NCBI GenBank assembly: GCA_963772835.1
Contig: CAVYYZ010000018.1
Coordinates: forward strand, 1 to 50,569
DNA from: an uncultured delta proteobacterium
GTDB lineage: Bacteria; Desulfobacterota; Desulfuromonadia; Geobacterales; Pseudopelobacteraceae
Length of the DNA stretch: 50,569 nucleotides
Direction of reading: 5' to 3'
Shown in pieces: positions 37,237-46,529 of this stretch. How positions within the stretch are numbered: position 1 is the stretch's first letter; each line of letters begins with the position of its first letter. Position numbers and translations under genes: made by a program. The notes beneath the pieces are model-generated. The model ran no database searches, had not been told where the DNA came from, and saw only the letters and a list, made by a program, of their open reading frames with translations.

Positions 37237-38604
37237 ATGTCGAAAATAACAGTATTGATTATTCTGGGTTGTGCATTGTTGACAACAACAGTTCAGGCCA
37301 AGGAGCATCCGGGTAAAGAGCAGATCCTCAAGGATGGATACCAAGGGCCAAAAACCTGTGAAACATGCCATCCCGGGAAGGCCAGAGAGTTTCTTGACAC
37401 GGTGCACTGGAAGCATGCTTCAAAAGTGGACCATGTTGACAACATTAACCCCAACGAAGAATATGGCATGAAGAATCGTATCTACACGATGTGCAACGGT
37501 AATGATATCGTCAACAACCTGAAGGAAGTACCACCCAACGCTCTGGGAAAAACCAAGTTTACCGGCTGCAACACCTGCCATCCGGGTGATCAGGCCAGTG
37601 TTGTCGGCAGCACCGGACCCGAAGCGGAACAGTCGATAGATTGTCTGATATGCCATTCCTCAAAGTATGATTTCAGTAAGAGAAAAGCGGTCAAGGATAA
37701 AAACGGCAAGGTCGTGATGACCCAGGACCGAAGCACCGAGGCCGCAGCAAATATCGGCCGACCGGCAATCAAGAATTGCATGGTCTGTCATGAAGGTGCG
37801 GGAGGCGGAGCCATGGTCAAACGCGGATTTTCCATGGCCAAAAATGCTGAAGTTCACGTAACCATGGGCATAACCTGTGTTGATTGTCATCAGGTGAAAA
37901 ACCATAAATTCCCCACAGGTCGTGATCCCAATAACTGGGCCAGTGACGGTATCTATATGACCTGTGCCGGTGAATGCCACAGCAGCACTCCGCACAAGGA
38001 TGCGGACTACAACCGGCACACCGCAGTTATTGCCTGCCAGACCTGCCACATTCCCAAAACCGGTGGTGCTTTTTCCAAAGATTTCACCAAATGGGAAAAA
38101 CAATCCAACGGATTTTATGAACCATCAACATTGAAGCGCGAAGTTAATGAAACTGCTCCGGTATATGCCTGGTACAACCTGACAGTCAGCAACACACCGC
38201 ATTTCATCGGTCCCAAGGGGAGCAGGGCGGACGGTAAAAGCAAGATCTATCCCTTCAAAATTTTCCAGGGGAAAGCCTATTTCAACAAAAAGGACGGACA
38301 GTTGTTGTCCATGGATTTTGCTCCGCCGATTGCAAACGGTGATGCACTTGCCGGTGTTGCGTCGGCCGCAAAAATACTTGGCATTAAAGATTATGAACCG
38401 GTTCCCGGATGGCAAACAATATACTTTGCCAGCAGTCATCAGGTAACTCCAAAAAACAAGGCGCTGATCTGCGCCAATTGCCACGCTGTTAATGGCGTGC
38501 TTAATTTTAAGGAGTTGGGATACGGCGTTAAAGAGATTGAGAAGCTTACCAGCCCTGAACTGTATTTTGAAAAGCTGCTCAAACTGCAGCAGGAGAATGA
38601 ATAG
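37237..38604 (+). CDS. Octaheme c-type cytochrome, tetrathionate reductase (Otr)-like
   Basis: 7 CxxCH plus one CxxxCH (CAGECH); H...IACQTCHIP, PVYAWYN, SKIYPFK. Confidence 0.75.
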   Translation: MSKITVLIILGCALLTTTVQAKEHPGKEQILKDGYQGPKTCETCHPGKAREFLDTVHWKHASKVDHVDNINPNEEYGMKNRIYTMCNGNDIVNNLKEVPPNALGKTKFTGCNTCHPGDQASVVGSTGPEAEQSIDCLICHSSKYDFSKRKAVKDKNGKVVMTQDRSTEAAANIGRPAIKNCMVCHEGAGGGAMVKRGFSMAKNAEVHVTMGITCVDCHQVKNHKFPTGRDPNNWASDGIYMTCAGECHSSTPHKDADYNRHTAVIACQTCHIPKTGGAFSKDFTKWEKQSNGFYEPSTLKREVNETAPVYAWYNLTVSNTPHFIGPKGSRADGKSKIYPFKIFQGKAYFNKKDGQLLSMDFAPPIANGDALAGVASAAKILGIKDYEPVPGWQTIYFASSHQVTPKNKALICANCHAVNGVLNFKELGYGVKEIEKLTSPELYFEKLLKLQQENE

Positions 38605-38653
38605 GACTTAAAAAACAGGGTTTTTCAGCATCGTCTATTATTGGAGGTAAATA

Positions 38654-40852
38654 GTGTCGACAAAATTCTCACGCAGAACATTTTTTAAAGCCGCTGGTGC
38701 TTTGACTGCCGGTGTTGCGACAGTAACGACCGTCCCAAAGAAGTATCTCTCCTGGGCAGAAGAGGCCGCTCTGAACGATTTGAAGGAGATCCCCACATTC
38801 TGTGAACTATGCTTCTGGAATTGCGGCTTGATTGCCAAGGTAGAGAACAACAAGGTTGTCAAAATCGATGGCAACCCTCTCAGTCTCCGCGGTCGGGGCA
38901 GATTGTGCGGGAGGGGCAATGCCGCCCTGGGCACGCTCTACGACCCCGATCGTCTCAAGTTTCCGCTGATCAATATCGGCAAGCGAGGAGAGCCGGTCTG
39001 GAAACAGGCCACCTGGGATGAAGCGTTAGATCTGATAGTTCAGAAAATGCAGGGTATCAAGCAAAAATACGGTGCAGAATCCATGGCGTTGTTCTCACAT
39101 GGTACCGGTGGTGCATTTTGGAAGCACCTGCTCAAAGCATATGGATGCAACAATTACACCGCCCCCTCGTTTGCCCAATGTCGAGGACCCCGCGATATGG
39201 GGTTTTACCTGACCTACGGTTCTGATGTCGGGTCGCCTGAATACTACGATTTCAGCAAAAGTAAATATATAGTCCTGCTTGGTTCGCATCTCGGAGAGAA
39301 CGCCCATAACAGCCAGGTTCAGGATATCATGAAAGGACTTTCCGACGGCGCTCAGTTGACCGTAGTCGATCCGCGTCTCTCCAATATCGCCTCAAAGGCC
39401 GACCGGTGGCTGCCGATCAAGCCTGCCAGCGATATGGCGCTTCTTCTGGCATGGATACGGATCATCATTGAAGAAGGATTGTACGATAAGGATTATATCG
39501 AAAAATATGCATCCGGTTTCGATGAACTGCGGGCGGCAGTACAACGCTACACCCCGGAATGGGCAGAATCCGAGACAACTATCCCGAGTGAAACTATCAT
39601 CAAGGTTGCACGCGAGATGGGGAAAAATGCTCCGCATGTCTGTGTCGGCGCAGGTCGCTTCTCAGCCTGGTATGGTGACGACACTCAGCGAAACAGGGCC
39701 ATTGCCATACTCAATGCCCTTCTCGGTTCCTGGGGTCGCGAAGGCGGCTATTTCTTCCCTTCAAAGGGTGGAGTGCCGGAATATCCCGGTCTTCCGGCAT
39801 ACCCTCCTCATGAAGACGTACCCAAACTGGATGCCGCCTACCCGTTTGCCGCACTGCAGACGACTACCTCAATCAAGCATGCATCAATCTCCGGAAAACC
39901 GCATCCGATCAAGGGGTGGTTCATTTACGGGTGCAATCTGATGAAAACGCTGCCGGACAAACAGGAAACCATCAAAGCCATCCAGAATCTTGAGCTCGTG
40001 GTTGCCATTGATGTTCTTCCGGCCGATATAATTGCCTGGGCCGATGTAGTCCTGCCGGAATGTACATATATGGAGCGGTATGACAACCTCAATATCGGCA
40101 AATTCAAGGATCTGGAAATATCCCTGCGTCAGCCGACGGTTGAGCCCCTCTGGGAGTCCAAACCATCCTGGTGGATAACCAGGGAATTAGCCGGCAAGCT
40201 TGGCCTGTCTGCCTACTTCCCCTGGAAAGATGGGGAGGAGTATCTGGCCAAACGTTGTGAGGCGGGTAGTATCGATTTTGCAGAGCTTAAAAGAAACGGC
40301 GTCATTGTCAAGACAGACAAGTCGGCTCCTTATATTACCGATGCTAATCAGCCGGAATTCGGGACCCCTTCCGGGAAGATTGAATTGTATTCCAGCCAGC
40401 TGAAAGAGCAGGGTTTTGATCCTGTGCCGCAATACACAAAACATCCCCAGCCGCCTGCCGATCACTTCCGTCTGTTGTTCGGACGGTCGTCACTGCATAC
40501 TTTTTCCAGGACAACCAACAACTTTATGTTGACCGATCTGCAGAAGGAAAATGCACTCTGGATCAATGCGAAAAAAGGGAAAGAGCTTGGATTGAAAAAC
40601 GGGGAATACGTCTCACTTGTCAATCAGGACGGGGTTATCGCATCCGGCAGAATCAAAGTAAAACTGACGCAACGCATGCGTGATGATGCCGTATACATGT
40701 ACCATGGTTTCGGTGTTCACGCAAAAGGGATGACCCGGGCAAATAATCAGGGGATAGCGGATGATGACCTGATTTCGAAATATGTCATTGACCCGATCAT
40801 GGGCGGTACTGCTATGCGCGGAAATTTTGTTAAGATTGTGAAGGGGGCCTGA
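38654..40852 (+). CDS. psrA: Polysulfide/thiosulfate reductase-type molybdopterin catalytic subunit (PsrA/PhsA/SrrA clade)
   Basis: Tat signal SRRTFFK, CELCFWNC...C [4Fe-4S], SFAQCRGPR Mo-ligand Cys, ADVVLPEC.YMER, TPSGKIE. Confidence 0.82.
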   Translation: MSTKFSRRTFFKAAGALTAGVATVTTVPKKYLSWAEEAALNDLKEIPTFCELCFWNCGLIAKVENNKVVKIDGNPLSLRGRGRLCGRGNAALGTLYDPDRLKFPLINIGKRGEPVWKQATWDEALDLIVQKMQGIKQKYGAESMALFSHGTGGAFWKHLLKAYGCNNYTAPSFAQCRGPRDMGFYLTYGSDVGSPEYYDFSKSKYIVLLGSHLGENAHNSQVQDIMKGLSDGAQLTVVDPRLSNIASKADRWLPIKPASDMALLLAWIRIIIEEGLYDKDYIEKYASGFDELRAAVQRYTPEWAESETTIPSETIIKVAREMGKNAPHVCVGAGRFSAWYGDDTQRNRAIAILNALLGSWGREGGYFFPSKGGVPEYPGLPAYPPHEDVPKLDAAYPFAALQTTTSIKHASISGKPHPIKGWFIYGCNLMKTLPDKQETIKAIQNLELVVAIDVLPADIIAWADVVLPECTYMERYDNLNIGKFKDLEISLRQPTVEPLWESKPSWWITRELAGKLGLSAYFPWKDGEEYLAKRCEAGSIDFAELKRNGVIVKTDKSAPYITDANQPEFGTPSGKIELYSSQLKEQGFDPVPQYTKHPQPPADHFRLLFGRSSLHTFSRTTNNFMLTDLQKENALWINAKKGKELGLKNGEYVSLVNQDGVIASGRIKVKLTQRMRDDAVYMYHGFGVHAKGMTRANNQGIADDDLISKYVIDPIMGGTAMRGNFVKIVKGA

Positions 40853-40853
40853 C

Positions 40854-42011
40854 ATGCAACTATTCGGAGTTCTCATTCCTGAAAAGGAACAGCTTATTGC
40901 AACGGTGGTTGATGTCGTCAAAGGAAAGGGCGGCCTGTCACTGTACGTCTCGCTTTTCGGTCTGGCAGCGGGATTCTACGCCGTCGCAGCCATATTTATC
41001 CTGGGGCACGCCCACACGATCAACACCTCCAATCTGGTCCCCTGGGGGTTGCAGATATCCACGTATGTCTATTTTGCACTTCTCAGCACCGGTTGCACCT
41101 TTGTCAATTTCTTCGGCCACGTGTTCTTCGAAAAGCAGTACAAGCCGTTTGCATCGCGCATCATTTTTGTCGGCATAATAACAGCCGTATCGGCATTCTT
41201 TTCCCTGGCGACCGAAATGGGACACATCGAGCGGATGTACAATTTCCTGCTGTCACCAAACCCGAAGTCTCCCATGTTCTGGATGGCTATCTGGTATACC
41301 ACCTACCTGATCGCCATTACGTGGGAATATATCAATATCCAGACGAACAGGCATTCAAACAGGGTCATGTGGGGAGCTTTTTTTGTTGCTATTTTCACCC
41401 ATAGTACCCTGGGAAGCCTTCTTGGATCGGTCAGTTCACGTGTTTACTACTACAGCGCACTGATGCCGATCTACTTCCTGTTTATCGCCTTCCTGACCGG
41501 CTGTTCACTGACAACGATCATTGCCGCCATGACGGTCAAACAGAAAAAACTGGATGAGAACTACCATCTTCATCCGTTTGTAACTTTGCTCAAGGTCGGG
41601 TTGGGGTTGGCGTTGCTGATCACCTTCTGGAGAACCATGATCGGCCTTTCCGCCCACCTTGAGGGTTCCGAGGTGTTCTCGCTGACGTTGATCAACAGTG
41701 TGTTGTTCGGTATTGTGGTGGTTATAATCATTCCCTACATCCTGCTAAAAATGGGGAAAAGTGCCAACTGGCTGATCTTTGTCGGACTCTTCATCATGGG
41801 CACCCAGCTGAAAGCCCGTAACGATCTGGTAATCGGCGCATTCAAGATCCCGCTGTTCCGGGTCTATGATATGCCCGAGGTGGTTCACTACACACCATCG
41901 ATGTACGAGTATCTTGTTGTCGTGGCATCCGCTTCACTCGTGATGGTGCTGTACATTGTTTTCAATCGTTCAGGCGTTTTTGAGGCCAGGAACATCAAGG
42001 AGGACCACTGA
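40854..42011 (+). CDS. NrfD/PsrC family membrane anchor
   Basis: VPWGLQISTYVYF, EMGHIER, SPMFWM; multi-TM. Confidence 0.88.
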   Translation: MQLFGVLIPEKEQLIATVVDVVKGKGGLSLYVSLFGLAAGFYAVAAIFILGHAHTINTSNLVPWGLQISTYVYFALLSTGCTFVNFFGHVFFEKQYKPFASRIIFVGIITAVSAFFSLATEMGHIERMYNFLLSPNPKSPMFWMAIWYTTYLIAITWEYINIQTNRHSNRVMWGAFFVAIFTHSTLGSLLGSVSSRVYYYSALMPIYFLFIAFLTGCSLTTIIAAMTVKQKKLDENYHLHPFVTLLKVGLGLALLITFWRTMIGLSAHLEGSEVFSLTLINSVLFGIVVVIIIPYILLKMGKSANWLIFVGLFIMGTQLKARNDLVIGAFKIPLFRVYDMPEVVHYTPSMYEYLVVVASASLVMVLYIVFNRSGVFEARNIKEDH

Positions 42012-42013
42012 CA

Positions 42014-42730
42014 ATGGAACAGTTTGACGGTAAAGATATTCTGGATATCATGCACGCTGATCTGCAGCGCGCTCTGAAAAAACCGCGTAAGGAGCGGCGC
42101 TGGGCTATGGCGATTGACCTCAAGAAGTGCATCGGCTGTCATGCCTGCACCACCGGCTGCATGTCTGAAAACCTGACACCACCCGAGATCCACTACCGCC
42201 CGGTCAAAGAAGAGGAAATCGGCGAGTTTCCCAATACCGGCATGCGCTTCCTGCCGCGCCCCTGCATGCAGTGTGATTCTCCGACCTGCACGCCGGTCTG
42301 TCCGGTCACAGCTACCTATAAGCGGGATGACGGCATTGTGGTCATTGATTACGAAAAGTGCATCGGCTGCCGCTATTGCCTCGTTGCTTGTCCTTACGGT
42401 GCCCGTTCAGCTGATGTCGGGCACTACTACACCGGTGATTTCCACGGCAAGACCTACGAGGTGGAGAACTCTGGTGAATATGGAAAAAATTACAAACGCA
42501 AGAGTCACTGGCATTCGCCGATAGGCAATGCCCGCAAATGCCACTTCTGTATCCATCGCATTGAAAAGGGTGAACTGACGCGCTGTACCACTACCTGTCT
42601 GGGGAGTGCGACCTACTTTGGCGACATTAATGATCCTCAGGCATTAATCACCAGGCTGATATCAAAGCCAAATGTGTTCAGGTACAGGGAGGAACTGGGA
42701 ACAAAACCAATGGTGTATTATATAACGTAA
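42014..42730 (+). CDS. 4x[4Fe-4S] electron-transfer subunit (PsrB/NrfC type)
   Basis: CIGCHAC, CMQCDSPTC...CP, CIGCRYC...CPY, KCHFC. Confidence 0.92.
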   Translation: MEQFDGKDILDIMHADLQRALKKPRKERRWAMAIDLKKCIGCHACTTGCMSENLTPPEIHYRPVKEEEIGEFPNTGMRFLPRPCMQCDSPTCTPVCPVTATYKRDDGIVVIDYEKCIGCRYCLVACPYGARSADVGHYYTGDFHGKTYEVENSGEYGKNYKRKSHWHSPIGNARKCHFCIHRIEKGELTRCTTTCLGSATYFGDINDPQALITRLISKPNVFRYREELGTKPMVYYIT

Positions 42731-42756
42731 CCGGAAATTGTTTTGAGGGGGAAATT

Positions 42757-43101
42757 ATGAAACTTAAATGGATCAGTATAGTGACGGCATTATCTGTATT
42801 AGTGTGCGGGCTTGCCTACGGTGCTGCCATGCAGGACATCATCTATCAGGGTGACAAGGCCTCGGATGAGGTGATATTCCACGGGGACCAACATCTGAAG
42901 AGAGGCTTTAAATGCACCGACTGCCATAACAAGGGGATGTTCCCGGAAAAGAAAAAGGGGGCAACAGTCATTACCATGAAGGCTATTCAGCAGGGTAAGC
43001 TCTGCGGAAAATGCCATAACGGGAAGAACGCGTTCGGCGTTGACCACCACTGCGATAGATGTCACCCAAAGAAAGGACCTGATACGCTTATTTATGATTG
43101 A
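42757..43101 (+). CDS. Triheme cytochrome c7-type domain protein
   Basis: Signal peptide; CTDCH, CGKCH, CDRCH; ITMKAI Met ligand candidate. Confidence 0.85.
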   Translation: MKLKWISIVTALSVLVCGLAYGAAMQDIIYQGDKASDEVIFHGDQHLKRGFKCTDCHNKGMFPEKKKGATVITMKAIQQGKLCGKCHNGKNAFGVDHHCDRCHPKKGPDTLIYD

Positions 43102-43201
43102 TTGAAGCCAATGAAACTGCTGGACAATTTAAACAGATATGCTAAAAACTGAATATCATTTCTACGCCGGTTCGCCGGAAATATAAAAAAAGGAGAATGT
43201 T

Positions 43202-43450
43202 ATGAAAAAGATCGTAGCGATGTTAGTAGCAGCACTGATGACCCTGAGTTTTTCGATGATTGTCGTGGCGGCTGAAGAAAAAACAGCCGAAAAGCCGGCC
43301 GCTGAAAAAGCTGAAAAAGTTGAAAAGAAAGACGCCAAGAAAGAAAAAAAAGAATCCAAGAAAACAAAAAAAGATAAGAAAGCTGAAAAGAAAAAAGAAG
43401 CTGACGCCAAGCCGGCAGCAAAAGGCAAAAAAGAAGTGTCCGGCTGCTGA
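43202..43450 (+). CDS. Small exported Lys/Glu-rich low-complexity protein ending in SGC
   Basis: AAGGAG RBS, signal peptide, KKE repeats, terminal KKEVSGC. Confidence 0.75.
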   Translation: MKKIVAMLVAALMTLSFSMIVVAAEEKTAEKPAAEKAEKVEKKDAKKEKKESKKTKKDKKAEKKKEADAKPAAKGKKEVSGC

Positions 43451-43531
43451 TTTCTGATGGAGTGTTGACCATTCAGACTCTGAATTCATGAAGAACGGGA
43501 CGTTCACATAACACATGTACACGCAGACTAT

Positions 43532-45376
43532 ACGAGGGGTCGCCGACCGGCACCCCTCTTTTTATTGATTCTGCTGTCTGGAATCGCTTTTGGGTGTGCA
43601 CCTGCCACGTCAATCTCGACGTGCGTCTCATGCCACAACGGGTTGGAACATGTTTCCGCGGCACACAACGATTGTGTTGCATGCCACGGCGGTGATCCGC
43701 GGGCTCGTGACAAGGAGCAGAGTCATGCATCCATGCGTGGCTCTGCCAATCCGTCATCTCCCGAAGAGTGGGACAAATCCTGCGGGCAATGCCACCGCTA
43801 TCAGCTTGAACGTGTCAAATCAACGATCATGCAGACAAATGCAGGTATGATTCGTAATATACAGTTGACGTGGGAAGGTGCAGACGGGAAACAGTACAGC
43901 ACAACAGGGGGGAAAGCGTTCGACCCTTCCGGAAAGGCGGTTGAAACAGTTCCGGTTGCTGAACTGGACAACATCTCCGGTGAACTGTACCGGAAGTTCT
44001 GCTCGCGGTGCCACATCGGGTCCCGTAATGCCGAGTCATACGGTTCTGCCCATGCTTCGGGTTGTGCGTCATGTCATTTTCCCTGGAACGACACCGCCAC
44101 CTATGAGGGGCGCGACAGAACCATGAAGGGAAAAGCCGGCCATTCTGCCACTCATGCCATGACCCCGTTACCGGATACTCAGGTCTGTTCCCGCTGCCAC
44201 AACCGGAGCGGCCGCATCGCCTTTTCCTATCAGGGACTGTATGACGGCAACAATGGTCTGGTGCCGACCAGAGGTGGTGAGGCGGGCCCGGTGATGACCA
44301 GCGGTGCCCGTAACCTGACCCATATTTCCCCTGATGTTCATTTTACGGCCGGAATGGAGTGTATCGACTGCCACACTTCGCGCGATGTGATGGGTGACGG
44401 TTTCGCCTATCGCAACATGTATCTGCAGACCGAAATCGCCTGCGAAGATTGTCACGGCGGGGCCGTTGAAGTGCCTCGCTATCGTGCGATTACCCGCGAG
44501 AACGACGAGGCGATGCGGGAATCTCGCTCCTACAAACAGCCGGTTACCTCCGGAATGTGGATGATTCAGACCTCCAAGGGTCGCAACTATTCAAACGTAT
44601 TCTACAAAGACGGTGCAATCTGGCTGCAGGGAAAACGGAGCGGCACGCTGCATCGCAGCAAGGTTATCACCGGTACACCGGAACACACAATCGCCGGCCA
44701 TGGTCGTCTGGAATGCTATGCCTGTCATTCGCGCACCTCGGTGCAGTGTTACGGCTGCCACACCCGCTACGACAAGGGGAAAACAGGGATGGACTTTATT
44801 AAAGGTGAGGAGACCCCGGGCGCTTTCAGCGAAACGGAGGACTACCGCATGCTTTACCCCTTTCCGCTGGCGCTTAATCAGCGTGGCCGGATCTCACCGG
44901 TTACCCCCGGCTGCCAGACCTTTGTCACGGTGGTTGAGGGTGACGGTTCTCGATCAAAGACAGAATACGTCTCACAATTTAAGGGAAAACAGCAGCTTCG
45001 CTTTGCGCCGTTTTACTCCCATAATACTGGTAAAAAGGCGCTCGGCTGCGCCGAATGCCACGGTAACCCGGCTTTTCTCGGTTTCGGCCAGCATATCGTT
45101 GAGGGAAACAGTATCAAGGGAACGCTCCTCTGTGAACGCTCGGACAGCAAACCTCTCGATGGTTTTCTGACGATGAAAAACGGGCGGGTGCGTGCCTACT
45201 CAGCAATAACCCGTGAAAAGGCCCGGCCGCTGAACGGTACAGAAGTGAAACGTGTCCTGTCGGTCAACCTCTGTCTCCCCTGTCACGGCACTGCGCGTGA
45301 CGCGATTTACCGGAAAGGAATAAACCATCGTGCGTTGGATGATACTCGTCATCGTCGGCTTCTGTCTGGCCCATGA
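43532..45376 (+). CDS. 12-heme c-type cytochrome lipoprotein (ExtM-like); start uncertain (ACG 43532 or TTG 43565)
   Basis: 12 CxxCH motifs; AFGC lipobox preceded in frame by RGRRPAPLFLLILL. Confidence 0.82.
   Translation, partial: TRGRRPAPLFLLILLSGIAFGCAPATSISTCVSCHNGLEHVSAAHNDCVACHGGDPRARDKEQSHASMRGSANPSSPEEWDKSCGQCHRYQLERVKSTIMQTNAGMIRNIQLTWEGADGKQYSTTGGKAFDPSGKAVETVPVAELDNISGELYRKFCSRCHIGSRNAESYGSAHASGCASCHFPWNDTATYEGRDRTMKGKAGHSATHAMTPLPDTQVCSRCHNRSGRIAFSYQGLYDGNNGLVPTRGGEAGPVMTSGARNLTHISPDVHFTAGMECIDCHTSRDVMGDGFAYRNMYLQTEIACEDCHGGAVEVPRYRAITRENDEAMRESRSYKQPVTSGMWMIQTSKGRNYSNVFYKDGAIWLQGKRSGTLHRSKVITGTPEHTIAGHGRLECYACHSRTSVQCYGCHTRYDKGKTGMDFIKGEETPGAFSETEDYRMLYPFPLALNQRGRISPVTPGCQTFVTVVEGDGSRSKTEYVSQFKGKQQLRFAPFYSHNTGKKALGCAECHGNPAFLGFGQHIVEGNSIKGTLLCERSDSKPLDGFLTMKNGRVRAYSAITREKARPLNGTEVKRVLSVNLCLPCHGTARDAIYRKGINHRALDDTRHRRLLSGP
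43534..43563 (+). terminator. Terminator-like hairpin overlapping the 5' end of the 12-heme cytochrome gene
   Basis: GAGGGGT(c)GCCG-ac-CGGC-ACCCCTC-TTTTT. Confidence 0.7.
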
Positions 45377-46529
45377 AATTGATGCGGCAGCCTCCCACAC
45401 AGGGATGGCGTGCGGTTCGTGCCATCGTCAGGGTGGCAGCGGCAGCGATCCCGCCTCCCGTAAAGGCGGGGCGGTCGGCTGTGCCGGCTGCCATCAGGGG
45501 CATGAGCGGATCTTTGATCATGCCATGGGACAGCGTGGAGGGGAAAAGAGTTTTGTGCAGCGCAGCTACGCCCGGTTTGACAGCGATTTCTGGGACAAAA
45601 ACTGCACCTCCTGTCATCTGAACGGGTGTCTTGACTGCCACGGCGACGGGGGGCTGGCAAAGCCGACCGTCGCGACCTGCCAGCGGTGTCATAACGGCTA
45701 TTACACCGGTTGGGACTATTCAGGAAGGGCTCCCCGGGAAGATAATATGCGCTACCAGCGGGGTATAGCCGTTAACGGTGAGACGTTTCTGAAGATGCTC
45801 CCCGATGTCCATTACAGCGCCGGAATGTCCTGCGGAGCATGCCATTCCATGAACAGCCTGGCGGACGGGAGAAAATCTTCAAAAGGGTGCCTGGATTGTC
45901 ATAAGCCGGACTTGAAAATACCGGAACACAGTATATCCGTCCATCTGGAACGGCTGGAATGTTACACCTGCCATTCGGCCTGGGCTCCACAGGAGTACGG
46001 TACGTTCTACCTTCGCTTCCGCGATCGGCTTTTGAAGGAGGATTTTGATCTGAAGCCTGGTTCAAACGCTGAATATCTGCGGAGCGGATACCTGAAAAAG
46101 CAGGATGCTCCGCCTCTGGGGATCAATGCGTCAGGGCGGGTCAGTCCGATCCGGCCGATGTTCATTGCCTACTATACCGATATTCAGTCTGCCAGAAACA
46201 ACGGTCCTGAAAATATTCTGCTGGCAGCAGAGTGGCGGGCCTATTTCCCTCATACGATACAGCGCGGCGGAGTAACCTGCGAGGGGTGTCACGACAATCC
46301 GACCCGTTTTCTGTTGGAACCGGAATCACGACGGATCTACAATCTTCAAAAGGACGGCATGGGTTTGGAATCGTTCTGGCTTCAGAAGGGGCAGCGGGTC
46401 AGCAACGGCAGCTTTATGGATGCCGCCCGCTATCTGCGCATGAGCAGTAAAAGTCCGGCATATACAAAGGCGTACATCAAAAAATGGAAAACATTCCTCA
46501 ATCGCGTCGAAAATTCATCACGACGCTGA
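45330..46529 (+). CDS. 9-heme c-type cytochrome (ext-cluster type)
   Basis: Signal peptide, 9 CxxCH motifs. Confidence 0.85.
   Translation: MRWMILVIVGFCLAHEIDAAASHTGMACGSCHRQGGSGSDPASRKGGAVGCAGCHQGHERIFDHAMGQRGGEKSFVQRSYARFDSDFWDKNCTSCHLNGCLDCHGDGGLAKPTVATCQRCHNGYYTGWDYSGRAPREDNMRYQRGIAVNGETFLKMLPDVHYSAGMSCGACHSMNSLADGRKSSKGCLDCHKPDLKIPEHSISVHLERLECYTCHSAWAPQEYGTFYLRFRDRLLKEDFDLKPGSNAEYLRSGYLKKQDAPPLGINASGRVSPIRPMFIAYYTDIQSARNNGPENILLAAEWRAYFPHTIQRGGVTCEGCHDNPTRFLLEPESRRIYNLQKDGMGLESFWLQKGQRVSNGSFMDAARYLRMSSKSPAYTKAYIKKWKTFLNRVENSSRR

Noticed and set aside
38654..40852. Molybdoenzyme as respiratory arsenate reductase ArrA, given the nearby ars genes
   Set aside because: Length (732 aa) and the AQCRGPR ligand region fit the PsrA/PhsA clade better; a phylogeny is still needed.
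43260..43440. A-rich repetitive DNA as a tandem repeat or array
   Set aside because: Explained by Lys/Glu codons of the low-complexity protein; no fixed repeat unit or spacers.
43445..43480. TGC-TGA at the end of the Lys-rich protein as a third Cys-Sec site
   Set aside because: The downstream hairpin starts only about 3 nt after the UGA, read-through adds just five residues before another TGA, and the comparable GC-ending protein at 35619 stops with TAG.
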